Positions 50,024-59,382 of a DNA stretch of 64,000 nucleotides are shown piece by piece. A program made the translations under genes and the position numbers. Below the pieces are notes generated by a model, which did no database searches, was not told the origin of the DNA, and worked only from the letters and a program-made list of their open reading frames with translations. Origin of the DNA: Thermoanaerobaculia bacterium (GTDB lineage: Bacteria > Acidobacteriota > Thermoanaerobaculia > Multivoradales > JAGPDF01); the NCBI GenBank assembly GCA_046331385.1, contig JAXLQW010000001.1, positions 3,719,037 through 3,783,036 of the forward strand. The letters run 5' to 3'. Each line of letters opens with the position of its first letter. The first letter of the stretch is position 1.

Positions 50024-50820
50024 AGCGCACCGTTGCCGCGTTCGTCTGCCTGACCGTGATGACCAGCGTCGCCACGCCCCGGCGGGCGGAGGCCCAGTTC
50101 GCCGTCTACGACGCGCTCAACTGGATCGAAAACGCCTGGCAGGTCATCCAGCAGGCGTACGAGATCTACCAGAAGTACATGCAGCTCTACAACGACTACC
50201 AGCGTTACGCCACGATGGTGAAGAACCTCGAGCGGTTCGACGAGCTCACCTTCCGGAACCTCATCGGGTTGGCCGAGGCGGTCAACGACATCATCCAGTA
50301 CGGCGAGTCGCTCGGCCACACGCTCTACGACATCGACGCCCAGTTCGCCGAGACCTTCCCCGGCTACGAGCCGATCCTCGAGGACGACTGGCTCGAGATC
50401 TTCGAACACCGCAACCGCCGGACGCTCGACACGCTGCGCTACTCGCTGAACGCGCTCAACCGCATCGCCGAGGAATCCGTCTCGTCGCAGGAAATCCTGG
50501 AGGATCTCGCGGCCGACGCCATGGACGCGGACGGCAACGTCGAAGCGCTACAAGCCGCCAACGAGTTCCTGCACCACCAGGCCGGGCAGCTGGCCGAGAT
50601 CAGCCAGCAGATCTCGCTCCAGACCAACGTTCAGGCGGTCTACTGGGCCTATCAGGTCGACCGCGAGGCGGCGGATCGTGCCACGACGAGCGAGTGGATC
50701 GCGAACGGCGTCGGCGAGGTTCCTCCCTACGACAGCGCCCGCGCGGTACGCGCCGTGCCGTCCGACTGGCCCTGGGCTTGCTTCGGCTGCGCGCGCTCGG
50801 CGGCCCGGGGGTCGCGATGA
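50011..50820 (+). CDS. trbJ: TrbJ/VirB5
   Basis: RBS AAGGAG. Signal peptide. Coiled-coil-rich with TrbJ-like N-terminus (AQFAVYDALNWIENAWQVIQQAYEIYQ). Confidence 0.75.
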   Translation: MRRLKRTVAAFVCLTVMTSVATPRRAEAQFAVYDALNWIENAWQVIQQAYEIYQKYMQLYNDYQRYATMVKNLERFDELTFRNLIGLAEAVNDIIQYGESLGHTLYDIDAQFAETFPGYEPILEDDWLEIFEHRNRRTLDTLRYSLNALNRIAEESVSSQEILEDLAADAMDADGNVEALQAANEFLHHQAGQLAEISQQISLQTNVQAVYWAYQVDREAADRATTSEWIANGVGEVPPYDSARAVRAVPSDWPWACFGCARSAARGSR

Positions 50821-51236
50821 CGGTCGCGATGAAGCTCTCGATCCGGCCCGCCTTCGCGGTCCTCGCGTTGACGACCCTGCTGGCCGCGGGCTGCGGTCAA
50901 CCAAGCGCCGAAGAGCTCGCCAACGGCGACGATCCTCTCACCGCGCTCCGCTCGCCGGAGCGGTCGGCGCGCTACGACGGATCGTTCTGGAACCGCGAAG
51001 CGGTCCAGTCGACCGAGCTGTGGGCAGACGCCGTCGCCTACTGCCGCACGCCCGGCAACTCGACCGCCCCGAACTGCCAGACCGTCGGCCTCGTGCTCTC
51101 GACGATCGAGCTCGAGAAGGCGGCGAAGGAAGCGAAGCGCCAGCTCGAGGTACTTCTCGAGCAGAGCAAACACCTGGCGCCGCCCTCGGGTCGCCTGAGC
51201 CGGCGACCTGGTGCGGCGCCCGGCGGCAGGGACTGA
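50817..51236 (+). CDS. trbK: TrbK-like entry-exclusion lipoprotein (putative)
   Basis: ATGA overlap with the trbJ stop. Lipobox LLAAGCG. Lies between trbJ and trbL as in IncP. Confidence 0.5.
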   Translation: MTVAMKLSIRPAFAVLALTTLLAAGCGQPSAEELANGDDPLTALRSPERSARYDGSFWNREAVQSTELWADAVAYCRTPGNSTAPNCQTVGLVLSTIELEKAAKEAKRQLEVLLEQSKHLAPPSGRLSRRPGAAPGGRD

Positions 51237-51242
51237 TCGGCG

Positions 51243-52064
51243 ATGCCAGTCCTTGGAATCCTGGACGGAATCGTCCAGACGTTCGAGCTCGCCACGCAGA
51301 CCTGGTTCACGACGCTCTTCCCGATCGCCCAGAACCTGTTCTTCGCGCTCATGGTGATTCAGATCGCCTGGGCCGGTATCTGGTCGACACTGGTTCGGCA
51401 CGAGAGCGGGGAGCAGGTCCTGGTGCACCTGCTCCGCCAGGTCTTCGTGCTCTCGATCCTCTACACGGTGCTGATCTTCTCGCCGATCTGGGTGCCGACG
51501 GTCATCGGCTCGTTCGAGCAGGCCGGCGCCGCGGCGGGCGGCATCGACGGCATCAACCCGTCGTCCGTCTTCTCGGGTGGCTTTCTCCTCGCGCTCGGGC
51601 TGCTCGACGGCCTCAACAACTGGGGCCTGCTCAACCCGATCACCGGCCCGATGATCCTGTTCACCTGCCTCACGCTCATCCTCTGTTACGCGTGGATGGC
51701 CGGTGTGCTCCTCGTCTACCTGGTCGAGAGCTACGTCGTCCTGGGTGGCGGTGTGGTGCTTCTCGGCTTCGGTGGCTCACGCTTCACCGCCGGTCTCGCC
51801 GACGGCTACATCGTTTACGTCTTCCGCGTCGGCGTGAAGCTCTTCGTCGCCTACCTCGTCCTCGGAATTGCGGGCTCGCTCGCCGCGCAGTGGGCGGGGA
51901 TGCTCAACGGCGTTGCGCTCGACAACCCCGGGCCGCTCTTCGAGGTACTCGGCGGGGCCGTCGTGCTAGCGCTCGTCACCACCAAGGTGCCGCTGTTCGC
52001 GAGCCAGATGCTGGGCGCAGGCCCGGGCTTCAGCCTGCGGTCCCTGTTCGTGGAGGGTCAATGA
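51243..52064 (+). CDS. trbL: TrbL/VirB6
   Basis: 273 aa polytopic membrane protein in the canonical trb position. Confidence 0.8.
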   Translation: MPVLGILDGIVQTFELATQTWFTTLFPIAQNLFFALMVIQIAWAGIWSTLVRHESGEQVLVHLLRQVFVLSILYTVLIFSPIWVPTVIGSFEQAGAAAGGIDGINPSSVFSGGFLLALGLLDGLNNWGLLNPITGPMILFTCLTLILCYAWMAGVLLVYLVESYVVLGGGVVLLGFGGSRFTAGLADGYIVYVFRVGVKLFVAYLVLGIAGSLAAQWAGMLNGVALDNPGPLFEVLGGAVVLALVTTKVPLFASQMLGAGPGFSLRSLFVEGQ

Positions 52065-52753
52065 AGCTGAACCGCATCTTTCGCCGCGGCCCCGTCGGCT
52101 CGGAGCCCGGTCCCGCGGACGCGAGCCTCGCCCGCGGACGACGTGAGTGGGACGACCGCTATGCCGGCCTCGCCAGCGGCAAACGCAACTGGCAGCTCGC
52201 GGCGCTGGGACTTCTCGCGGTGGACGGCCTCCTCACCGCCGGCATCGTCCACCTCGCGAGCCAGAGTCGCGTGTCGCCCTTCGTCGTCGAGGTCGATCGT
52301 CTCGGGCAGGCGGTCGCGTTCGGACCGGCAGAACAGCTCCGGAAGACCGACGAACGCCTCATCCGCTACCAGCTCAACCTCTTCATCCGCGACGTGCGCT
52401 CGGTGTTCTCGGACGCCGAGGTGCAGAAGACCGTCATCAACCGCGCCTACGGCTACTCCAAGGACGGCGCGCTTGGCTTCCTGAACGACTACTTCAAGAA
52501 GAGCAACCCGTTCCTGCGCGAGGCCGAGGGCACCGTCACAGTGCAGGTGCAGTCGGTGTTGCGACTCTCGGCCTCGAGCTGGCAGGTGCAGTGGCGCGAG
52601 ACCCAGATCGCCGCGAGTGGCCGCGTGGTCTCCGAGACCGCCTGGCAGGCGATCCTCGGCGTCGAGCTCACCCCGCCGGAGACCACCGACGTTCTGCTCG
52701 TCAACCCTCTCGGCCTCTACATCACCGAGATCAACTGGACCCAAACCCTTTGA
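52061..52753 (+). CDS. trbF: TrbF/VirB8
   Basis: ATGA overlap. Single N-terminal TM (LAALGLLAVDGLLTAGIV) plus NTF2-like periplasmic domain. Confidence 0.8.
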   Translation: MKLNRIFRRGPVGSEPGPADASLARGRREWDDRYAGLASGKRNWQLAALGLLAVDGLLTAGIVHLASQSRVSPFVVEVDRLGQAVAFGPAEQLRKTDERLIRYQLNLFIRDVRSVFSDAEVQKTVINRAYGYSKDGALGFLNDYFKKSNPFLREAEGTVTVQVQSVLRLSASSWQVQWRETQIAASGRVVSETAWQAILGVELTPPETTDVLLVNPLGLYITEINWTQTL

Positions 52754-52764
52754 GGAGCTGTTCC

Positions 52765-53691
52765 ATGACTGGATTTCCGCCGTTCCGATCGAAGCGCTTC
52801 GCCTCCACTTGTCTCACCCTTCTGGGGACGCTCAGCGTTCTCGGCGCCGGCGCCGCGCGCGCCGGGTCGCGGCCCGACGCGGCAGTTCGCGACGCGACCC
52901 AGCAGTACGCGACCACCGGCAAGGCGCCGGTCATCGAGCGCAGCGACTCGGTGGTCTACCCCTTCGGCGAGAGCCAGCCGGTACTCCAGTGCACGCCGCT
53001 TCGGGCGTGCGACGTCGAGCTCGAGGCGGGGGAGGTCGTACACGGCGTGGCCCTGGGCGATACCGAGCGCTGGATCTCGAGCCCCCTCTACTCGGGCGAT
53101 CCGGATGCGCTCGTTCCTCACGTGGTGGTGAAGCCGCGCGACTACGGCATCACGACGAACATGATCGTGACCACGACCCGACGGACTTACCACCTGAACC
53201 TGGTCGCTCCGGCGAAGGGCAAGGCCGACGAGATCGACGGCACGTATCTGCGGCGCGTCCGCTTCTACTACCCGGGCGACGTCGTCGAGCAATGGTCCGA
53301 CGCCGCTCAGCTCGAAGCGACTCGCGCCCACCGCCAGAGCGAAGCGACGATCGCCAGCCTGACCGGTGCCATGAACCCCGGCCGGATGAACTTCGACTAC
53401 GCGCTCTCGGGAGGCCACTTCACCGGCTTCCGGCCGACCACGATCTTCGACGACGGTCACCACACCTACATCCAGCTCCCTGCCGGTGCCGCGGCCGTCG
53501 ACGCGCCCGCCTTCCTCGCCCGGACCCAGACCGGCGAGGAAGCGATCCTCAACTACCGCATGAACGGCTCCTGGATCATCGTCGATGGGCTCTTCGAGCG
53601 CGGCGAGCTGGTCGCTGGCGTCGGCCGGTCGAGGAAGGCGGTGAAGATCACCAACCGCGGCTTCGCCCGCGTGACGGCAGGGAGCCACTGA
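52765..53691 (+). CDS. trbG: TrbG/VirB9
   Basis: Signal peptide. VirB9 beta-rich domain (RTYHLNLVAP...). Confidence 0.85.
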   Translation: MTGFPPFRSKRFASTCLTLLGTLSVLGAGAARAGSRPDAAVRDATQQYATTGKAPVIERSDSVVYPFGESQPVLQCTPLRACDVELEAGEVVHGVALGDTERWISSPLYSGDPDALVPHVVVKPRDYGITTNMIVTTTRRTYHLNLVAPAKGKADEIDGTYLRRVRFYYPGDVVEQWSDAAQLEATRAHRQSEATIASLTGAMNPGRMNFDYALSGGHFTGFRPTTIFDDGHHTYIQLPAGAAAVDAPAFLARTQTGEEAILNYRMNGSWIIVDGLFERGELVAGVGRSRKAVKITNRGFARVTAGSH

Positions 53692-54965
53692 TGGAGACCG
53701 GGACCCCTCCGGCCGAGCCGAAGGAGAGCGAGCTCGAGCTCACGCCGCAGCCCCGGATCAAGAAGCTCAGCTCGGCGATCGTCTGGATCGCCGCCATCTT
53801 CGCGGTCGCCGTGCTCTGGCTCGTGGGCTACCTCGTCAGCTCGAAGGCACGGCGGCCCAACCAGGAACGGCGCGTGACGGCTGTTCCGCCGCCGGTCGAC
53901 GATCTCGCGGAGCGCATCCAGCGCGCTGCCGAAAGGGAAGCCAAGCTCGCCGCGGAGCACGCGGCGATGATGCGTGGCCAGCAACTCCAGGCTCCCCGCG
54001 AGCTGCCTCCAGGTTTCGAGCAGCTGTTGGCGGAGCAGGATCATCCGTTGGCTGCCGGGCCGCCGGTCGAAAGCTATGGCCGCGAGCTCGGTCGTCGAGG
54101 CGGAGGCAGCCCGGATGCCAGCCGGTCGCCGCTGCAGCGCGCGCTCGACTCGGAGTTGGTGCCGGCCGGCTTTCGCTCGGCCAGCCCTCGCGTGGCCGCT
54201 TCGCTCACGCCTCGCGCCGACGGAGAAGCGGTTGACGGCGCGCCGGCCGCTCCACCGGATCTCGCGGCGCTGCGTGCGGAGCTGGTGCGCGCGGTAGAGG
54301 CCAAAGCCCAGCCGCAGGCAGCGCCGGAGAAGCCGTCAGCCGTCGGCGCGCTGCGTCCCGCCGGCTCGCCGTTTCGAATCGCGATCGGGACCCTCATCCC
54401 CGCGGTTCTCTCGGCCGGCATCAACTCCGACCTGCCTGGCCAGACGACCGCGCTCGTCCGGCGCAACGTCTACGACAGTCGCACCGGGCGCTTCCTCCTC
54501 ATACCGCAAGGCAGTCGCCTGGTCGGCGAGTACGACAGCCGCGTCGCCTTCGGCCAGAATCGCGTCTTCGTTGCCTGGAACCGGCTGATCTTCCCGGACG
54601 GCCGCTCGCTCGATCTCGGAGGGATGCAGGGAGTCGATCTCTCCGCGGCAGCCGGTCTCCGCGACAAGGTCAACAACCATTTCGTCCGCACCTTCGGCAG
54701 CGCGTTGCTGATCGCCGCCGTTTCGGCTGGCGTCCAGCTCTCGCAGCCCGAGAACGACGGAAATTTCCAGTCGAACCCGACGCCGTCGCAGCTCGCGGCG
54801 GCGGCCGTCGGCCAGGAGCTCGGCCGCGTCGCCTCGGAGTACCTCCGTCGCAACCTCGATGTTCGACCAACGATCGAGGTGCGACCAGGCTACGAGCTGA
54901 ACGTGGAGGTGACCGCGGACCTCGACCTTCCCGGGCCGTACGAGCAGGTGGCCTCGGCCTACTGA
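53691..54965 (+). CDS. trbI: TrbI/VirB10
   Basis: N-terminal TM. Pro/Ala-rich linker. VirB10 C-terminal domain (IPAVLSAGINSDLPGQTTALV...VFVAWNRLIFPDGRSLDL). Confidence 0.85.
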   Translation: METGTPPAEPKESELELTPQPRIKKLSSAIVWIAAIFAVAVLWLVGYLVSSKARRPNQERRVTAVPPPVDDLAERIQRAAEREAKLAAEHAAMMRGQQLQAPRELPPGFEQLLAEQDHPLAAGPPVESYGRELGRRGGGSPDASRSPLQRALDSELVPAGFRSASPRVAASLTPRADGEAVDGAPAAPPDLAALRAELVRAVEAKAQPQAAPEKPSAVGALRPAGSPFRIAIGTLIPAVLSAGINSDLPGQTTALVRRNVYDSRTGRFLLIPQGSRLVGEYDSRVAFGQNRVFVAWNRLIFPDGRSLDLGGMQGVDLSAAAGLRDKVNNHFVRTFGSALLIAAVSAGVQLSQPENDGNFQSNPTPSQLAAAAVGQELGRVASEYLRRNLDVRPTIEVRPGYELNVEVTADLDLPGPYEQVASAY

Positions 54966-54972
54966 GGTCGGC

Positions 54973-55701
54973 ATGCGCATCGTCACGGTCACCAATCAGA
55001 AGGGCGGAGTAGGGAAGACCACCCTCGTCTGCCATCTCGCGCTGGCCGGCGTCGAGCGCGGCCTCCGGACGCTGGTGGTCGACCTCGACACGCAAGGCAA
55101 CGCCAGCACCATGCTGGCGCGTGATGCCGCGGTCGCCGGCCAACCCGGCGGCGCCGCGGCGCTCTTCGCGGATGCGCCGCTCGCGCCGACGGTCACCGCG
55201 AGCGGCCTTCACTTGCTGCATGGCCATCAGCGGCTCGACGAGGTCGACCAGCGGGTCGGACTCGCGGACTCCACCCGCGTGCGAGATCGCCTGCGCGCTC
55301 TTCCCTACGACCTGGTGGTGATCGACACGCCGCCGGCGATCGGGCTTCGCCATCTCGGGCCGCAGGTCTGGGCCGATCTCGTCGTGACGCCGCTCGAGCC
55401 GAACAGCTTCTCGCTGCTGGCGCTCGGCCAGACGCTGGCGACGATCGAGGAGATTCGCTCCATCCGGCCCGGGCTCGAAAACCGCGTACTCATCAACCGC
55501 TTCACGCGCTCGTCGGGCCAGCAGAACCGCTACATCGCTCTGCTCGGCGAGCACGTGCCGCTCACGCGGCCGTTCTTGACCCTGCGCGTCGCCGTCTCCG
55601 ACGCGCTCGACGAAGGCGTTCCGGTCTGGCGCTTCCGCCGCGCCGACCGCGAAACCCGGGAGACCTGGATGGAACTGTGCGGAGGGCTGATCGGTGGCTG
55701 A
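54973..55701 (+). CDS. parA: ParA-family partition ATPase
   Basis: Deviant Walker A TNQKGGVGKTT. 242 aa. Confidence 0.85.
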   Translation: MRIVTVTNQKGGVGKTTLVCHLALAGVERGLRTLVVDLDTQGNASTMLARDAAVAGQPGGAAALFADAPLAPTVTASGLHLLHGHQRLDEVDQRVGLADSTRVRDRLRALPYDLVVIDTPPAIGLRHLGPQVWADLVVTPLEPNSFSLLALGQTLATIEEIRSIRPGLENRVLINRFTRSSGQQNRYIALLGEHVPLTRPFLTLRVAVSDALDEGVPVWRFRRADRETRETWMELCGGLIGG

Positions 55702-56659
55702 GAGAGCAGAGGCAACCCTGGGCATGAGCTCGCTCGACCGCCTGCGCGAGCTCAAGGAGGAAACCGAGCGCCGCCAAGCCGGCGGCAAGCGGCGCGTGGT
55801 CGACCTGCCGATCGGCGAGATCCACCCCGACCCGCGCCAGGTCCGCAGCGACTTTGTCGCCGATGTCCTGACCCCCGAGGATCAGGAAGACCTCGAAGGC
55901 CTCGCGCGGAACATCGCTGCGATCGGCATCCACAACCCGATCCACGTGCGGCCGGACGCCGATGGCGGCTACGTCATCATCTCGGGCGAGCGCCGCTGGC
56001 GCGCCGCCGGCATCGCCGGTCTCGAAGTCCTCCCTTGCCTCGTCGCCGCCGAGGGCGAGCTCGACATGGGCCGCAACACCCTGACCCAGCTCTCCGAGAA
56101 TCTCCAGCGCTCCAACCTCAAGCTCCTCGACGTCGCGAACGCGCTCAAGCGCTGCCTCGACGAAACCGGCCTCGGCCAGGCCGAATTAGCCAAGGAGCTG
56201 GGCAAGTCGAAGTCGTGGGTGTCGAAGTACCTGGCGCTTCTGAGGGCGGAAGGACCGTTCCGCGCGGCTCTCGACGAGGGTCTTCTCGGCAACCCAGAGA
56301 CGGCGAGAATGTTCGGGAGGCTGGACGCCAGCCAACAGGAAAAGCTCCTGCGCCGCGCGCGGAAGGACAACCTGCCGCTCAGCCACACCGAGGTGGCCAA
56401 GCTGGATCGCCGGCACGAGAAGGGCGGTCCGCAGGCGTCCGGAAGCCCCGCCGGGAATCGGGTCGAAGGAAGGGAGGAGGATCAGCGGGAGGTCAGGTCC
56501 GCGCGCCGAGCGCCCGCGACTCAGCCAGAGGCGGAGCACCTGGTGCGCCTCTCCTCGGCCCAACTTCGTGAGCTGATCCTGCGACTCGGCGGTTCGCCTG
56601 GCGATGAGAGCGATCTCGTCGAGTCACTCCTCAGGCTCGTCTCCGCCCCGGCGGCTTGA
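55694..56659 (+). CDS. parB: ParB/KorB-like partition protein
   Basis: ParB N-domain (IHNPIHVRPDADGGYVIISGERRWRAA) and HTH (GQAELAKELGKSKSWVSKYLAL). GTG start overlaps the parA stop. Confidence 0.75.
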   Translation: MAERAEATLGMSSLDRLRELKEETERRQAGGKRRVVDLPIGEIHPDPRQVRSDFVADVLTPEDQEDLEGLARNIAAIGIHNPIHVRPDADGGYVIISGERRWRAAGIAGLEVLPCLVAAEGELDMGRNTLTQLSENLQRSNLKLLDVANALKRCLDETGLGQAELAKELGKSKSWVSKYLALLRAEGPFRAALDEGLLGNPETARMFGRLDASQQEKLLRRARKDNLPLSHTEVAKLDRRHEKGGPQASGSPAGNRVEGREEDQREVRSARRAPATQPEAEHLVRLSSAQLRELILRLGGSPGDESDLVESLLRLVSAPAA

Positions 56660-56756
56660 GCGCGTTTTCCGCACTGAATCCCGCGGGAGATCGGGCGGGG
56701 CTTCCCGCCAGCTGCGACGCTCTCTCTACGACAGCTGTCGTAGGATTTGCGGCGCA

Positions 56757-57962
56757 ATGGTGGCGGCGACTTTAAGACCACGTGTCGGCAGGTGGGTCCT
56801 CGTCGCCCTCGGCTTCGTCGGCTTTGTCACTTCGTTCGGGGCGCACATCGTCGCCGTCAATCTCCCCGTCTACGCAAAGCAGGTCGGGGTTGGACTGGCG
56901 ATGATCGGGGTGCTCATCGCGATCTACGATTTCGCGGAGATCATCGCCAAGCCTCTCTTCGGTTACATAGCTGACCGTGGAGGATTGAAGCGGACGGTAC
57001 TGGTCGGCCTCGGCATCTTCACGATCGCCTCGCTCGGATTCTTCGCCGTGGACCCGCGGCTCCTCCTGCTCATTCGCCTGCTTCAAGGCGTGGGGGCCGC
57101 CGCGCTGTCGATTGCGTCCGCTGCTTTGGTGGCCGTCTACTTCCCCGACAGCCGCGGCCAAGCGTTCGGTGTCTACAACGCCATCAAGGGCGCGGGCTAT
57201 GTCATCAGCCCGGTGGTCGGCGGCGCCATCGTCTGGGCATCCAACTTCGGCATGATCTTCGTGGCTTGCTTCGCCGCGGGCCTGGTTGGCTTTCTGCTCT
57301 CGCTGACTCTCCCGAAGCCGCCTGATGCCGCGGTGCGCGACCTGGACGACGACGACTTCTCTCTCGCGAAGTTTGCGGCTGCTTTCCGAAACCGGCTGCT
57401 GCTGCCGTGGTACCTCATCATCGTCGCCAACATGTTCCTCGTCGGCATCCTCTTCGGGTTCCTCCCGGTGTACGTCTATTGGCTGGGCTATGACCAGCTC
57501 CAGAGTGGTCTCATCGTTGGCGCGTGCACGCTGGCGTATCTGCTCATCCAGCCAGTCGCCGGGCGGATGCTCGACCGGCTCGACGCGCGCTCGGTGATGC
57601 TCGTCGGCCTCCTCTTCTCGGCCGCAGGCGTTTTCGCGGTGCCCTTCACCACCGGTCCGATGCTCGTCGTGGCCGCGATCTGCGGTGGCCTCGGCGTGGG
57701 TGCCGTATGGACGAACAGCGATGCGATGGTGAGCCGCCTCGCGAGCGAAGGTCGGATGGCCGCGACCCTCGGCATCGCGGGTTCGTTCAAGGAGCTCGGC
57801 GACATGCTCGGCCCGCTCCTCATTGGCGTGCTGGCGCAGGCGTTGGGAATCCGCGCGAGCTTCATGATCTGCGGCGCGCTCGGTGTCCTCTCGATCGGAC
57901 TTCTCAGGTTCGCTCGCACGGCGGTCCCGGGCACTTTGCCGCAGCATTCCGCGAGCGCATAG
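56757..57962 (+). CDS. MFS transporter
   Basis: 12-TM topology. MFS loop 2-3 motif (GYIADRGGLKR). Confidence 0.75.
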   Translation: MVAATLRPRVGRWVLVALGFVGFVTSFGAHIVAVNLPVYAKQVGVGLAMIGVLIAIYDFAEIIAKPLFGYIADRGGLKRTVLVGLGIFTIASLGFFAVDPRLLLLIRLLQGVGAAALSIASAALVAVYFPDSRGQAFGVYNAIKGAGYVISPVVGGAIVWASNFGMIFVACFAAGLVGFLLSLTLPKPPDAAVRDLDDDDFSLAKFAAAFRNRLLLPWYLIIVANMFLVGILFGFLPVYVYWLGYDQLQSGLIVGACTLAYLLIQPVAGRMLDRLDARSVMLVGLLFSAAGVFAVPFTTGPMLVVAAICGGLGVGAVWTNSDAMVSRLASEGRMAATLGIAGSFKELGDMLGPLLIGVLAQALGIRASFMICGALGVLSIGLLRFARTAVPGTLPQHSASA

Positions 57963-57972
57963 AGTCCTCGCG

Positions 57973-58365
57973 ATGCCCGTGCGCAGAAACGCCCCCGGGG
58001 GAGAGCTCGAACAGGCCGTACTAGTTGCGGTGTGGGAGCTCGAGACAGCCAGCATCCGCGAGATCTACGAGCGGGTCGGTTCACCTCAGGGTCTCGTCTA
58101 CACGACGATCGCGAAGGTGGTGGACCGTCTCGTGTCGAAGAGGCTGCTCTTGCGCACTGGCTCGAGCCGCGCGTTCAGGTACCAAGCCTGCGTGAGCCGC
58201 AGGGCCGTGGAGCGCGCGCAAATCCGCGAGACGTTGAATCGCTTGCTCGGCGGCGATGCAGCTCCCGCGATGGCGACGCTGGTCGAGGCTGTGGAGGAGC
58301 TCGACCCCGAGCTCCTCGACGACTTGGCGCGAGCTGTCTCTGCAAGACGGAAGCGGCGCAGATGA
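57973..58365 (+). CDS. BlaI/MecI/CopY family transcriptional repressor
   Basis: wHTH penicillinase-repressor fold (LEQAVLVAVWELETASIREIYERVGSPQGLVYTTIAKVVDRLVSKRLL). Confidence 0.7.
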   Translation: MPVRRNAPGGELEQAVLVAVWELETASIREIYERVGSPQGLVYTTIAKVVDRLVSKRLLLRTGSSRAFRYQACVSRRAVERAQIRETLNRLLGGDAAPAMATLVEAVEELDPELLDDLARAVSARRKRRR

Positions 58366-59153
58366 GTCGGCGGGGTAGGGCTCGGCTGCCTGTCGCTCGG
58401 CGAGAGCAGAGCGCCATGGACATGGAGCGGCGCCACTGGGTGGCGCTCTGGATACGCGCGGCGCCAGCGCTGGGCGTCGCGTTGGGACTCTTGGCCTGGG
58501 CAGCTGTCGAGCCTTACAACGCCGAGCGTCTCGCCCTTCCGGCGTGGGGCGTCGTCCTCGTAGGTGCGATCGTCTGGAGTAGGGCGCTCCTGCGTGCCGT
58601 TCGGTCCTTGGCGATCCCCGAGGGCCAGGTCGTCGCCGGCACTCTCGGCCTGCTCCGGCCGCGAATCGTTTTCAGCGCGCAATTTCAAAGCGCCGTCGAC
58701 GCGGCCGCACTGCGCGCTGCACACGCCCACGAAGCAGCACACGCGCGACATCGAGATCCTCTCCGCATCTGGCTAACTCAGTTCGCAACCGACCTTCTCT
58801 GGCCGTGGAAGGCGGCTAGGCAGCGCTTTCGGACGTGGCGGTACGCATTGGAGCTCGCCCGCGACGAGGAGGCTGTTGCCGCCGAGGGCATCGAGGGTGC
58901 GGATCTCGCTGCGGCAATCGTCGCAGCGGCTCGTCTCCACCCTCGGTCGCAGTGCGCGCTTGCGGCACTCGTCGGCGACGCGGCTTTGCTCGAGGCTCGA
59001 GTGAACCTCCTGCTGCATCGGGCGCCGTTCCGCAGTGCCAGATCGGCTGCAGCGTGCACCGCCACAGCTGTGGTTGTACTCGCGCTCGCGATCTGGATCG
59101 CCCTCGGCGCGACTTTGGGTGAGACGCTCGTCGAGCCATTCCTGCTTCGCTGA
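58362..59153 (+). CDS. BlaR1-like M56 peptidase-domain membrane protein (no sensor domain)
   Basis: ATGA overlap with the repressor stop. TM helices. HExxH...D (HEAAHARHRD). Confidence 0.6.
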   Translation: MSRRGRARLPVARREQSAMDMERRHWVALWIRAAPALGVALGLLAWAAVEPYNAERLALPAWGVVLVGAIVWSRALLRAVRSLAIPEGQVVAGTLGLLRPRIVFSAQFQSAVDAAALRAAHAHEAAHARHRDPLRIWLTQFATDLLWPWKAARQRFRTWRYALELARDEEAVAAEGIEGADLAAAIVAAARLHPRSQCALAALVGDAALLEARVNLLLHRAPFRSARSAAACTATAVVVLALAIWIALGATLGETLVEPFLLR

Positions 59154-59382
59154 GCAGTCCACCGTCTACTGTGCCAGTCGCCGCCTGCCGGAGGCGTATG
59201 GGCCGCTGTCCAGGAACGATTGCCCACGCGCGAGCGAGGGGCGCGTGCCGAGGCAGAGGCCGCGACGACGCGTCCTCCGGGATCATGGCTTCTGTTGCGT
59301 GGATTACGACGAACGTCGTAGCATGTCGTTCGAGAAGCCCGCGGCGGCGTAGACGGCGCCGAGAGGTGGAGGAGGAACCGAC

